Shown here: positions 11,378 through 24,170 of the stretch, in pieces | Numbering within the stretch: the stretch's first letter is position 1 | Layout: the number at the start of each line of letters is the position of its first letter | Origin: Phoronis australis | Lineage: Eukaryota; Animalia; Phoronida | DNA length: 64,000 nt | Direction: 5' to 3' | NCBI GenBank assembly: GCA_002633005.1 | Contig: NMRA01000374.1 | Location: 187,921 to 251,920 of the forward strand | Position numbers and translations under genes: made by a program | Notes under the pieces: model-generated | The model's database searches: none | Told to the model about the DNA's origin: nothing | The model's input: the letters and a program-made list of their open reading frames with translations, nothing else

Positions 11378-14300
11378 CTGTAATTTCAAAACAAATAGTG
11401 CACATGAGGTCTATAATTCTCTTCACCGAAACAGCAAACAGGTTATTGTTGCTATCCATTTAAGAAAGTTTATAGCTTGACGACTAGTCTATGTATTTAC
11501 CCAAACATCCACAAAACTGTTAACTCAATAAAGGCAAATATTTTCTGAATGTAAAAATCTTTTATAATTCGAAGGTTGACTTCCTCGTTCTAGTTTTTTT
11601 TAAACGTGAAGCGTCGCGAGTTGCATTCACTATAGAGACTCAATGCCACTAGCGTGTGAACACTCACAGCAGCGTCCAAATGAAAAGACAATATCAGCTT
11701 CAATACATGTCTGTAGTTGTGTTTTTATGGTGGCCGGATCCAGCATTTCCCGTTCACTGCAGACCAATCAGTGGAATCTAGTTAACTAGGATAGCCAGGA
11801 AATCTCAATTAAATAAGAATTACTTTAAAAGGGATTGCCCTTCCCTTCATGGAATCCTTCCTGAACTGGTGGCTAGGGAGGTCAGTTCGAAGAAATGGAC
11901 GACAGGCAGCTTATAATCGCATTGATTGAACTACCTGTAAGTAATGATTGCTCATTGTTTTGTAAATAAAATTCTCTGAATGACTACACACTAGATATCC
12001 TTTCCAAAATATCATCGATTTTTTTACCATCCAAAAGCATTATTTCTCGATAATACTTTCATGAAAAAAACTTCTAGCTGAACGAGTAATTGACAAGCAA
12101 TCAAAGGCCCAACCATAGCCTATTTGCATGAAGTACTTACGAAATGCAATTATGCAATAAAACAGTTACTGAAGTCACACTCGGTTAGCATATTGGTTTT
12201 GAGACCCAAAATACAATAACGTCTGGGTTATCATCACATTTGGGGTGTGTAAACCAACATTTTGACCTCGGTAAAAATCAACAATTGTACGCTGTATATG
12301 GTCACTTTTGATTGGCTAATGGAACATTACTCGTCTCTAGGGAGCATACATTTTAATCAGTTGTGCATTCCGTACCTTGAATTCCTAATGAACGATAAAC
12401 TGCTCTTATAGAACCGATGTATTACTATCTCACTGGAACTAGGCTTGAACAGCGCGAGGAATTGTTTCATTCAAATCGCTACCGCAAAACTGAAGTTGAT
12501 CGCATGTACCAAGTTAGCTAGTCAAAACAATGTATACTTGTATACTGTAATTAAAATATCGTCCACTGAATTGGCTCTTCCGGTAATCAATGGCGTAATT
12601 CATAGTGTATTCCATGACCGTATTCCCAAGGGATTATTCGCCTTGTTACACTCCCTGCTGGTATTTCTTGGCACATGCATATGTCATGGACTTATATCTC
12701 GCTGGTTCCCTGCGTACTTAGCCCAGTGGCACGCGCTTTAGCATTGGTCGATGTAACCTAGGTAGTCACTGGTTATCTTTACAACACCCTGAAAAAATGG
12801 CGGACTGTGAACGATTTTTAGCATTGTCATGTAAGTGGCGTCGCAGCAACTATTTTGTTTCTGCAGTCTGATGTTTAATAACCGCGTGCTTCAAGCACAT
12901 ACATGTACAATAAACACATATCTGGCCGACTTAACCGGTGTGTTATTCATACCATATGAATACAGCACACTATCGTAAACAAAGTCATCGGCAGTAGAAA
13001 GATGCATTCCGAAAATTAAGGCGCAATCACAATTCTTTTGCTTCACGTTTTCTGAACATAAACTTTAAGCACCGATTTGTCTGTACAAGAGACCACATTT
13101 ACACTTCAGTCCATCAGTCATGCCAGTTGGTTTTCGTAAAGCGCTGCTTGTTGAGAACTGTATTACTTAAAATAGTTTTGGAGGCATATCAGCAGTAAGT
13201 GTATTTAATTGTGTTGGATTCGAAAGAGATGACTGTTATAATGCTAATTATTATTTTTCCCTATTTGATGCCTTACTTGCAGCAAGGGTAAATAATTTTT
13301 GGAAGAATGCTATCAGCAATTTCCGTATATAAGTTCGGGAAACCAAACGTCTTATGTAAAAATACACTAGGGCCTATACTCAGCAATGCGAATACACGAA
13401 TACAGTATAAATACTGTAGCTCACCCTAATTATATCCTATTGGGAATAGTATTATTTTTGATTTCAAGCACGCATTTTTATTCTCAGATATGCATCCCAC
13501 GTATATTTAGGGAAAAAGTTAAGATACACAAATTGGGCATATATTCTACTGGACTTACATACGGAACTCTACCGTGGGTCTTCCTAAACCTGTAAACCAT
13601 GAAAATTTCATTGAGGCAGTTTTGTTCTACTAACATGTTCAACTAACATTCCGTTCATGCAAGTCTGTCAGTACGTTCCCGTTTAAGAGCATGTCCACGA
13701 ATGCACCAGTCAAAAAGTGATTAAAACTGTGTCACGGATTTCCTCGATTGTTTGCATGATGGTAGGGGTTGATGCCCCAACCTTCATACCCACGTTAATT
13801 TTTTGCGTGCGCCACCTTGTGGTTGCTATGGGAACGTGTTGTTTTTCTGCCAATTCCAAACCTAGTTAGAGCTACATTTTGGCACTTTTTGCGAACTTAC
13901 CTTGAGAACAATAGTGAAAAATGAAACACTTCAAGTTTATCACTGAATTGAGGTGTCTTTCAAATTGCCAGTCATAGAAAATATCACGGTTTCAGTTACA
14001 TATTAGCCGTTTTTGAAGGCTACCAGTTTAGCTAGTTTGTGGTGATTCCAAAATGTTGAAAATTGCCCTACTTCCTGCCTCAATATCTCATCTGAAGCCA
14101 AATTTAAAACAACAAATCTACAACCACTGTTTAGATTGATCTTAGCTGTACAAAATAAAACCATAAAAAGTCCAAGCAATCACCCTTCTTCATACCGCAT
14201 CGGGCTCTAGAAGTAGGGCACCTCACCAAAATTGGGCAACTGGCCAATGTCTGCGTAGTAACAAATGTATGCAAGGATTCAAAATACAGTTTTTAAATCT

Positions 14301-15047
14301 TAAAATAGGCGATGGAACATATCAAGAGAGCTTTAATTTTGTTACTTCACAAAAAAGAATGAGAAACACAACAAGGCACGTTGGTTTCCTTTGACCCTGA
14401 CGATAACGCTGCCAATAGAATGTGCATATACTCACCGTTTCAAAATGCATTATGGTTGAGTAAAAAATCAATAAAGTAAGTCTTCAGTTATACATAACTG
14501 GGAACTCGAATTCTGAAATTTTAATTTGTGGGTGTGATTGAAATTTAGTTTTCTAATTTTCTCGAAGTCGGTTGATCGTGTCCCGACGCATCTCAATTCA
14601 ACGAATTTTATAAAAAACAATAATAGGTGTATTGGACCGGAAGGAGACAACTGCAGTGTTTATCACCAAACCCGAACAAATCAGTATTTAGTCCTCTAAA
14701 AGAGATATATTGAAATGGTATGGGATAGATGTTGTGAAATGAGGTTCGAAAAATTGATCTTATAAGGACAGTCGACTACCGGTGAAATTGGCGTTGTTGA
14801 ATAACTTTACTTACGCTTCTCATTCGGGAAAGTCCCCGAACAGCACACGCCCAGATGTGCATATGGATGTCTGAATATTCTCGCATTATGGATACCAATG
14901 TCTTTTTAGTTTTTACCCACAACCCATACAATGACGTATTTGCGGAAAGTTCGTAGACATTTTCAGAAATAACACAGGAAACCGAGTTTTTCACACGCAA
15001 GATAGCAGAAAAATCAGTTCAGATGTTTTTTCCATCTATCACAGTTT

Positions 15048-15329
15048 CAATGGCGGATTCCGGGAGGGGGCCAAGGGGGCCATGCCCCCTAAAATTCTCC
15101 CAGATACAACTTTTCAGTTCGGTTTGCGAATTGACTAGCATATGCGCGCACCCAGGGGGCTCCGGGAGCGAATGCCAAATGCATTGGCCTTGAACAAACC
15201 CGTTCTTAGTACTAAGGTCCTCAAACAAAGTTCGAGACTCCTGCATCCCTACATTTTAGGGTGGGAGCGCGGATGTGGCGAAATTCTGTACCCTGCCCCC
15301 CCCAACTCAAAATCCTGGATCCGCCCGAG
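15048..15329. mobile_element. hAT-type MITE (CAxTGGCGGAT...GGATCCGCC ends) nested in the Sola3-like element
   Basis: Left caatggcggattccgggagggggccaagggggccatgcccc, right aaatcctggatccgcccgag; related element at 24318-24524. Confidence 0.6.
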
Positions 15330-16039
15330 TTTAGTATGGGTATGCAATGGTGTTTGGTGCTAGCAATCGGTCAGACTCCAAAAATTTAGAAGTCTCGAGA
15401 CTAATACATGTAGTGTCAGCTACTTCATTGAAAAATCATAAGACATTGCATGTGCAGCAAAACGACAATAAAATAGTTTACACAAACATTCAGACTGCAT
15501 ATAGGTGAACTTGGGTAATTCTCCAAAGTTGGGCAATATTTAAAAACTGTCCTGATTTAAATTATTGTTTATTATGTTAGATATAAAGACGCAGAAGAGC
15601 AGGTTATACTGTACTTATGTAGCAAAACAATAAGAGAGCCAAACATTTAACAAGCACCAAAGCAGTTTAGAGAATAGTAATTCTATATTGAGGCTGATAT
15701 AGGACACAGGCAAATTACACGCCATAAATTAAGTAAATAGAAAAGAACAAATGAGGTCACTTTTACAAAATGCGAGCAAATTAGGTGTACAATGAGACAC
15801 CCTTAGTCAGCACAGATGACGTCACGAAATGGAAATAGCATTTTGTCTGACTACTTTTGACATACTGTATTTCAAATGTCTCAGAGTCTTATGTACATGA
15901 AATGTGCTACTGCGGCAATTCCATTGACTTAACAATCTTTTGTCACAGTTCAAATCGACGGTCTTCCTCAGCGATTCTTTTTATTCAAAAGTCATCATTT
16001 CCCAGAATGATTGAGTGCTGCTAAAAGGGAAAATATTTA

Positions 16040-16312
16040 ATCTGATGAGGTGAGAGACATTCTTCAGAACATCACTATGACCAGGAGCAATACTTTCATG
16101 GCTTTCAGATAATGCTTTGCAGGCTTTTGTTTGTAATATCGCTAGGACCTTTCGGAAAATTCATCGATATCAGTTAGAAGCTGGGTCCTAACAGGGTTGA
16201 CTCTTCCATCAGATGCAGCACTGAGAAACTGATTCGACTTAGGGATCTTTGGCAAAGGCGTGGGTAGCCAGAATGATGGTTGGTCCCCCTCGTTTCCACT
16301 TGAAAAAATTGC
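16040..16312 (-). pseudogene. Sola3-like transposase internal exon (degenerate)
   Basis: Acceptor tttacag|GCA; ..NQFLSAASDGRVNPVRTQL..SERS*RYYKQK..ESIAPGH.. Confidence 0.6.
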
Positions 16313-18129
16313 CTGTAAATATTAAAATTATATGCAACTGAATCCGTAAACACAAGAATTATATTTTCCATAAATAGCCTTTCCCCAAAAAAATTATTTT
16401 CACCATTCAAAGTAGCTTGGGAAGATGGCCACTCACATATGCATGCAACCCTCATTGTGTGCAAGCAGCACTCAAAACAAAAGGTGTCGTCAATGAATCA
16501 AAATCTAAGTTCACTACTAAAACCTGGAAAACCATCAATTTTGATATATAGCATTGTCACGGCTTCGAAATGCCATGAAGTTAAGACAAGATCCAACACT
16601 CTTCATGCCACGATGCTGATTGAGATAATTTTATGTTTTAGTACATGATTTTCAGGCTAAAAGGAATACAATTGCATCTTCAATATTTTTAGCTAAATGC
16701 ACCTTTCAAAATTTGCCTCAGTGGTCACTAACACAACCCGGAGCAACTATAAAAATCCCGTTATGACCTATTTGGAGTACCTAAGCTTTCATTACAAGCA
16801 GTCTTCCCTCTCAGAGGAATTTTCAAATGTTGACAGTTGTGGTGAAATAACTGGCACAGAACTAAACAGATTGTGCACTTATGAACATAGCTCTTCACCA
16901 TAAGCATAGTTCAAGGTCTGTTATCGCTATCCATTGACTCACAAGCTCTGGCTCAAACTCGCAAAACATAACTTATTCACCCAAAAATTGCAGTGCGTGG
17001 AGCCAAATCCACTTTGTCTGAGAGACACGGTTGACACGACAATAAATACAGCACACATACAAAGTGTTTTGTCTGCAAATACAAGGACAGTGTTACAGTC
17101 CATCAGTAATGTTTCCTAGCAGATGAGTTAGTGAGACTGTCACCACTTTTTGAGTCAATGCGCAGTTTACAAGCCTACCAGCCGTGTTTATATTGAGGCA
17201 ATTTGCAAACCTTGTAGTTACATACTCCTGTAACTATGGACAACTTACGCAGTAAAACTTCCGAGACGCAAAATTCACTGAATGCATGGCATTTTTATTT
17301 GTCTACGAGGTTTATAAGCAACCACAATACAACTGAAATAAAAATCTACTACAACTACGTTTTTGTGATCATTAAATGTTGATGCACTTAATCCTGGAAC
17401 CAAGAATCTCAGAAAAAGGTTTTATGCAACAACACTCCAATTCATTAACTAACTACTTACTAGTACTCTTTCTGTAGAAAGCTCAACAACAGTGGCTAAT
17501 TTCTTTGGTAAACGCTTACAATTTTTGCATAGACCTGCAATAGAATTTTATGAAAAGTATGCATAACAGAACTACCAATAGAACGCTGTATTTTGAATCC
17601 CCAAATGTTTTCCCCAGTCTTGTTCATGAGGTTGAATGCTTCAGGTATTAGGGACCCTAACGGTTTTAAAACGTTAACCATGTTAATTAAATTAGGCCCC
17701 ATTGTAATGGGGTTCCACTGCATATTTGGAAAATTATGTATCTCTGGTTATACAGATAGAGCAATGTGACCAATCAGAAGTGACTACAAGTGAATTAGAT
17801 GAGAAATTGGTGTCAGCTAGGAGACAAGGGCTCGATTAAATCTTTTGATAATGGACACCAAATTTCCACTTCTTACACATGTGTATACATAAAATGGAAT
17901 GTATTTTGACAAACCCTAAATATTGAGATAAAGTGAATATTTTACTAATACAAGTCAGTACTGGAAGAAGTTACTAAAATTACTCTAGTAGTCGAGTGTC
18001 GCTTTATTTAATGTAGGGTTGTGCCCTTCCTGGCGACTGCAGTTAGAATCTAGTTGAGAAAGCAAATATAAGAAAGTCGTTATCAACAGGTATAGAGTAT
18101 TGATGACCTGCAGCTGCATAACAACTTAC

Positions 18130-18560
18130 CTGACCCAACTGGAATCGATACATTCTGTTCTTCCAGAAATTCTTTGTTGACTGTATTTCTACTTACATTC
18201 CAAACTCAAGCTTGGCCTTGGGCTTAGAGCCTTTCTGATGTTGAAGGTGGGCACATATCTTACATTTACTTGGCCTCCATCTGATTCCATGCTGAGATCG
18301 ACGATTTCCACAAACTGGGGGGAACTGTTGTAAACAAGCCCACTCTGACCCTGGCAAGAATCAGCTGCCAGTTTCAGCACTGTCACTGAACAGGATTGGG
18401 TCGGTGACTTTAACATATTTCAAATGACTTGCTATGGACTTGCTGCAATCAGTTAGTGCTTCAATTGTTTGCTGCATGGTTTCGATATTCCTTTGAAGCT
18501 CCATAAACCATATTTGAAGGATTATGCCAACGAACACACTATATTAACAGTTAACTACTT
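18130..18560 (-). pseudogene. Sola3-like transposase N-terminal exon (degenerate)
   Basis: LTDCSKSIASHLK..WQLILARV..GIRWRPSKCKICAH.QH..VSIPVGS followed by donor G|GTAAGT; homologous to the 52486-52755 ORF (CVKDVRSHL..ELQLILARA). Confidence 0.7.
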
Positions 18561-21500
18561 CCAATACCTCATCAGCCATTTTTTCTTCAGTGATATCAGA
18601 GACATCTAAAGGGCTCTTCATCAAAATGGTAATTGACAGTAAAAAAACAAAAAATACTAATTTTATTGAATTTTATTTGCTAAGAAATAATCCCAATAAT
18701 TTAATAACCATTTCAGCACTTTTAAATCTCAAAACTCAACGTTTTCGATGACTAGTAGCTATTGTCACAAGTGCCCACTTTGGCTGAGGTGGCTACGAAC
18801 AATTGATGATTATTATATAAAGACATGTGTTTGCCGGTGGTTTTGATGCCAAATATCTATTCTACTAAGACAGATCAAACCCACAATTAAGTTTCAAAGT
18901 GTAAAATTTGGCTTCAGCTGAGATTGACTCATTCAAACCTGGACAAGTTATCCATGTTTTCTGCTTGTATGACCCCGTGACCCTTCAAACCCGAAATGTG
19001 GAATTTAAGGTGCAACTTGACACTTTTATTTTTCATTTTTACGAAGACAGTGGATGACTTTATACAAAACAGTAGCTATTTCATTTTCTAGTAGCTTCTG
19101 TAATTACTTACAATGTCAAAAACTGTGATTATTGAGGTAAGTTCTGATAGTGGTTTTCTGTGAAAACTGAGGTACCCGACTTTTAAGCTACCTAACGAAA
19201 TAGAATTTGTCTAAGGTGCATTTTAGTAATTAACATAAGAAAGTAAACAAAAATGCATAATATGACCCAAATCCGTCACATAGGGTCTATCACCCCTGTA
19301 TGGATTTTTGCCTGGTCTGAAGTGTACTGCAGTCTTAAGGCGTTATTGCAACAGGTATTGTGTTTTGATTTTTGTTTGGTGTTTCTATATTTTATTTTCT
19401 CATGTATTCACCTTTTCAGATAGTCACTGTTATTCTTCAACAACATTTCTGTACTGATCATAAGACTTCAGTAAACTCGCGACTGTTCATACTTTAAATT
19501 TAAACAGAAGTGTGTAGTGTCCATCAGCTGAGACCTGTGGGAAGAACTATTTTCCGTAACTGTAGCAAATATATGCAGCAATGGAATGAAAACGGTCGAC
19601 ATCGATGGATTGTAATTGGTTAAGTATATATTAAGAAAGAAAACTAAGTATATAAATAGTAGATAGGTTCTTGAATTGCCTGGTTTACGTCATTCATAAG
19701 TTCACGCTGTCTCAAATCAGGTCGTCACTAGTCACTTCTTCTAACAGTTGTGATCTGCCCAGCAGCCTTTCGTATCAACGTGCGCAACAACGATCTTGGC
19801 AGGGGGGTGCACCTAGCAGACTCCCTTATAGAATTAGTGGCACAAAAACTCGACATTGGTGTGCAGCAGGGAGCCGGGGGGGAGGTGGCGGCGTAAATGA
19901 GTAGTTACTGAGGGAGTCTGACCTTCACGAAATTGGTGACGACCGTGGACGGTGCTAAACTGATGACGACCAGAAGAAACGGCCCTGTTATCTTCCACGC
20001 AGATTATCAGAAAATGTTAACGATTATCAGTTTCATTTCGTCCACTAACAAATTTCACAAGTCAGAGTTTTCACTGTGGTTAGAAAGGTAAGCGAATTCA
20101 AGTATGTTAGGTCACCTCAGTTGCATGAAGACGCGCCAGTATATCACAGAGTTAACATCGGGCGTTTCAAAGGCTGTGGATGAGAAAGGTTTTAATTGTA
20201 AAAAACGGTTGGGTGAATTTGATGTTGGTAGCATTTGAAATTGCATTCGCTTTCTAGACAACGCCTTTATATTTACAATATGTCAGTTAATCGCGTCTTC
20301 TGAGCCGCGCAGCACTGTACTAGTCAACGCATTCCCATCGTTTGCAGTAGGTATAAACATGGAGAACGACAGCGCTTCTTCAACAATTCAGACGACTACC
20401 AGGACGACGAATGGGGATCACGAGTCGATGAGAAACTACTCATTTTACTATCATGATTGTCTTTGTAATCTATTTTGGGTAATTGTTCATTCGAAGTTTT
20501 CGTGTTGAAACTGAGCTTTCAGTTAATTTGGAAATAAACGTGTCAGAGTAAACTTGCGTTTCGGTTTGTAACGAGCAGACAATGCATGGATACGTTCAAC
20601 AAACATAAATATATACTATGCTCTCACCATTGTTCATCACTTTCTTCATTAAACTCGTCCCCACATCCATTACTGATGCGTTTAAAGCAAAATTCGTTAA
20701 AATTGAGAAAGCGCAGGTTTTGATGGTCGGGAACCCTCTTTGTGCGTCGATTACGCAAGTCCAGCTTTTTTGGGAAACCACGCGTTGAGAGCGCAAACTC
20801 GACATTTTTGATAGCGAAAACGCATTTTTACAAAAGAGAATCAGTTGTCTGCAACGTTTCATGTGTGTCAACAACGCAAACCAGACCCACTCATTGGAAA
20901 GCCCATAATTTTCACCAGGAAGGCTCTTTTTGACAACGCAGCGCGATATTTCAAGTGAGATAGCGCAGTTTTGAAAAGATTCCGTCACTTGCCGAGAACT
21001 GGTTTGAGCATCTGCAATGCAAGCCGAATATTTCATATTGAGAAACCTTATCTTTGAAAAGAACAGTCAACACTTGTCGGGAACGGTCTTTGTGCGTCGA
21101 CAGCGCATATTTCTTATTGGGAAAGCCATATTTTCAAAAGACCATTTGAGTCTCATTGACCTGCAATTATACTGCTACCAAATGACCGATCCAGCAATGT
21201 TGATAATACGACCGCTCATCGAAATAATGTACACCCAGGAAATTCGGACACTAGCGAAAACCCAAATTTGGAGGTCCGCCAAATTCGGACACCACAAAAA
21301 TGATGTTTCGCGAGATTCGTCCAAGAATGAATTTTCTCAATTGGAATTAACTTTCAGTGTCCGAAAATCGCGCGACTTTATTGTAATATTATTTTGAATG
21401 TGCAATGCCAAAACATAGCAATCCAAAACCAGAATCTTTATTTCACAGTAGACATGCACATTTTTGTACACTAACATTTATAAACAACTCTCACACACAT

Positions 21501-21989
21501 TTCGAACAATGCCAGGAGCACCAACAAAAATGTAGCAATGATATGAGTACTTGACCATTGAGCAGTAAGTGACCACTCGAAGTGATGACGTCGGTAACCG
21601 GTACGCAAGCACTTAGTGTTAAGCAACGAGCAAAATTTTATAGTGGGATAACAATTACCATTAAATACAAACTTCTGCGTATTAAGTTCAAATGTGGACG
21701 ATTACTTGGTGTTACCATCAACGAAAACTTGTTATGTACTCCTCACATAAACAATTTGTTGAGAAAGATAAGCAGATTACGTGGTGTTCATAATAACCTA
21801 AAACATCTCTTGCCCTTTTAAACTTTGAAAACTGATCCTTCCTCATTTTAATTATGGCATTCTGCTATGGGGGTGTGAACATGATAGAATAGTTAAATTT
21901 TACAGAAAAAGGTTATTCGCAATATTACCTCTAGATATTCTAATGCCCAGACAGATCCTTTATTTAAGACTAAACAGATTCTTAAAGGA

Positions 21990-22915
21990 AACAAAAACGG
22001 TTTTAAGTAGACTTGACATGTTTCGATGTCATTTACTCTAACACCATCAACAGAAGTGAGAATACAGTGGCCACCTAGCTAGGCCCAGCAACAAGTAATG
22101 AAGCACAGATACATTCAGTTACAGGGAGTGACAATGGACTAGACCAAAAATGACAACCTGTTGTGTGTCAGTTGCTGTGTAGAGCCTCACGAATTTTAAG
22201 CTCCTTTGTTGTTACTGCCTGGTCTATTATTGCAAAGTCATTGAAAGAGCATTGCTGATAACAGTGATTGGAGCTCTGTAGGTGAATATTTACGTGCAAA
22301 TTTCTGTCAGAACTTAGATGTTCCTTGGTCCTGGTTTTCAAATGGTGAACTGTTTCGCCTATACAACTGGAGCCACATCCAGCACAGATAAATTTGTATA
22401 CTATCCTTTACCGTAGACACATAGGAATTTTGTCCTTGGGGTTAAATAAATTTGACAGTTTTAGAGACTTGAATGTTAATACAACTCTTAGGTTCACAAA
22501 GTAATCATTCACCAATTTGTTGAGTTTTCTTTGATCAATCTTGGCGTAAAACCCAACATAAGGTATTTTGAAGTACTTGCAGATAGTTTTGTCTACAGGA
22601 TGAACATCATCAGGGTTACGTTGGAGTCTTGCCTTCAGTACCCTATTGACTAATTGTAGGGGATAGCCATTCTTTTGCAAATTTGTTGTAAGTTCGTTAA
22701 CATTAGAATCAAGTCTAGCCCAAGTGTTGTTAATGCGATATACCCTGTCTATTAGAGTTTTAATGAGACCTACTTTATAAACAAAGAGTGTGAAGCTATG
22801 AAAACAAATGTACAGTTTTGTGCAGGTCTTTTTATGAAGTACTGATGTTATCACTGAGGTACCCTCACGCTCCACTAACACCTTTTATTAGAGTTTTAAT
22901 GAGGCCTACTTTATA
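21990..22915 (-). mobile_element. Penelope-like element, 5'-truncated (RT thumb, GIY-YIG endonuclease, 3' UTR)
   Basis: TSVLHKKT.T..Y..F.S...YKVGLIKTLIDR..LQKNGYP..KIPYVG..FNPKDKIP; IVYKFICAGCGSSCIGET.HHLKTRTKEH..ELKIREAL. Confidence 0.9.
22011..22057 (-). ncRNA. Penelope minimal hammerhead ribozyme motif with a mutated core
   Basis: ACTT-CTGTTGA-T-GGTGTTA..TGACATC-GAAA-CATG-TC-AAGT; the CUGAUGA core is changed to CUGUUGA. Confidence 0.7.
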
Positions 22916-23467
22916 ATTCTCAAAATTAAGGACTCGTATGTTGTTGCTGTTATTAAATTTTTCTACAGATATGTTCATAATTACTTACCTTCATTTTTAA
23001 CACGTTCAATTTAATAACCCGTGGGTCTATTCATGAACATTACACTAGGCAACAACATCTTCTACCACTCCTCGTTGTACTAAATCAATTGCTGAAGATT
23101 CAGTTCGCAATGCCCTACGTCATATCATTAATAACCTTCCTGAAAGTGTCTCCCTAAAACAGTTTACCCATTCGTTATCATCTGTTATAAATTATTTTTA
23201 AAATGTTTGTTTTGAAAGTTATGAACTTGAGTGCACTATTCCTAACTGCTTTGTGTGTAACTATCTCCGATAACCTCTCCTAGTCTTTTCACAAGTAGTT
23301 TAAATTACATAATCACCTAATCTTTGTAATTCTGATTATCTGTAACACTGACTTTTTTATTCTCTTTCGGCTCCGTGGTCAGCGGTCCCTTCGGGTCCTT
23401 CACGGAGACTCCATGAGCGTAAATCTGTATCAAGTGTATTTTTTGTCTTAACGTGAATAAAGTGTAA

Positions 23468-23551
<84 letters not shown>

Positions 23552-23558
23552 TACTACT
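23468..23558. repeat. (GCT)n/(ACT)n compound microsatellite
   Basis: Direct tandem triplet repeat; accounts for the poly-Ala ORF 23357-23602. Confidence 0.98.
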
Positions 23559-24170
23559 GTTGTAGACACAAGATCTCTCAAACGTGAGCCATCTTGGGTC
23601 AAGTGAACGACGTAATCATTTTTGTGGTCACGTTTTCCTGTCCTGGTTGCATGAAACAGTCCGAAGTAGGGACTCGATTAAGTTCTCTAAATTTTCTACG
23701 TATTTGTGGACTTAAGACACTAATTTTCCTTTCTTGTGCTATTTTAGTTTCATTACTAATGAATACAATTTTTGGCTTTGATAAAAAGGGAGGGCAAATT
23801 TTACGTTCGATTCTCGACATTATTGAACATAAGTTGGGACCGTCATTCAACGTCCATAATATAGAGACCATTGAGCAAAGGGCTCATATTTTATTAATAC
23901 TATTAGAAAGTACTGTTGGTCAGAGAGGATGTCATGATGAAGAGAAAATGAAAGGAAATGTTACATTACAGATAGTACTGGTAGTATGCATTGAAGACAT
24001 GGAGGTTTCATTTGGTCTTGTTCACATTTAGAAAGCAATTATAAACTTCTTATTTGCCCGAGCTTTGAATGGTTGAATGACGGTATACGTGCTCTTGAGG
24101 TCATGTGTAATAGTTCAAGCACTCATCAGTTAATCAGAAAGTGAATTGCATAAGAAGCTTATCTGTAAAC

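Larger units (their letters stand above)
13687..19334 (-). mobile_element. Sola3-like DNA transposon (internally deleted), TTAA target duplication
   Basis: Absent from copy B (empty site cgtTTAAggcg at 56462-56465); flanked by TTAA at 13683-13686 and 19335-19338; 5'-GAG end; imperfect TIRs; contains N-terminal transposase exons. Confidence 0.85.
21690..23330 (+). mobile_element. CR1/L2-group LINE 3' fragment, interrupted by a Penelope element at ~21990-22915
   Basis: LLGVTINENL..HIN.L..KISR..HFNYGILLWG..LQKKVIR.IT...N..TDPLFK...ILK, resuming LKIKD..KFFY..NYLPSF after 22915. Confidence 0.8.

Noticed and set aside
12445-12850. ORFs shared by both copies (12445-12741 and 55824-56027) and an ATGGCG..GTAAGT mini-exon
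   Set aside because: Shared only because of the duplication; indels break the frame and the donor is GCAAGT in copy B.
16700-17110. Possible L1/Tx1 zinc-finger tail
   Set aside because: Only a vague resemblance; conserved Cys/His spacing could not be recovered.
19721-19904. Exon-like segment with an acceptor in copy B (~59251) as the next PLBD exon
   Set aside because: Immediate stop in the required phase, frameshifts between copies and no PLBD motifs.
23357-23602. Poly-alanine ORF
   Set aside because: Translation artefact of the (GCT)n microsatellite.
23594-24031. 145-aa plus-strand ORF with a hydrophobic stretch
   Set aside because: No recognisable domain or splice context; the opposite strand weakly resembles a decayed LINE 3' end, too weak to call.
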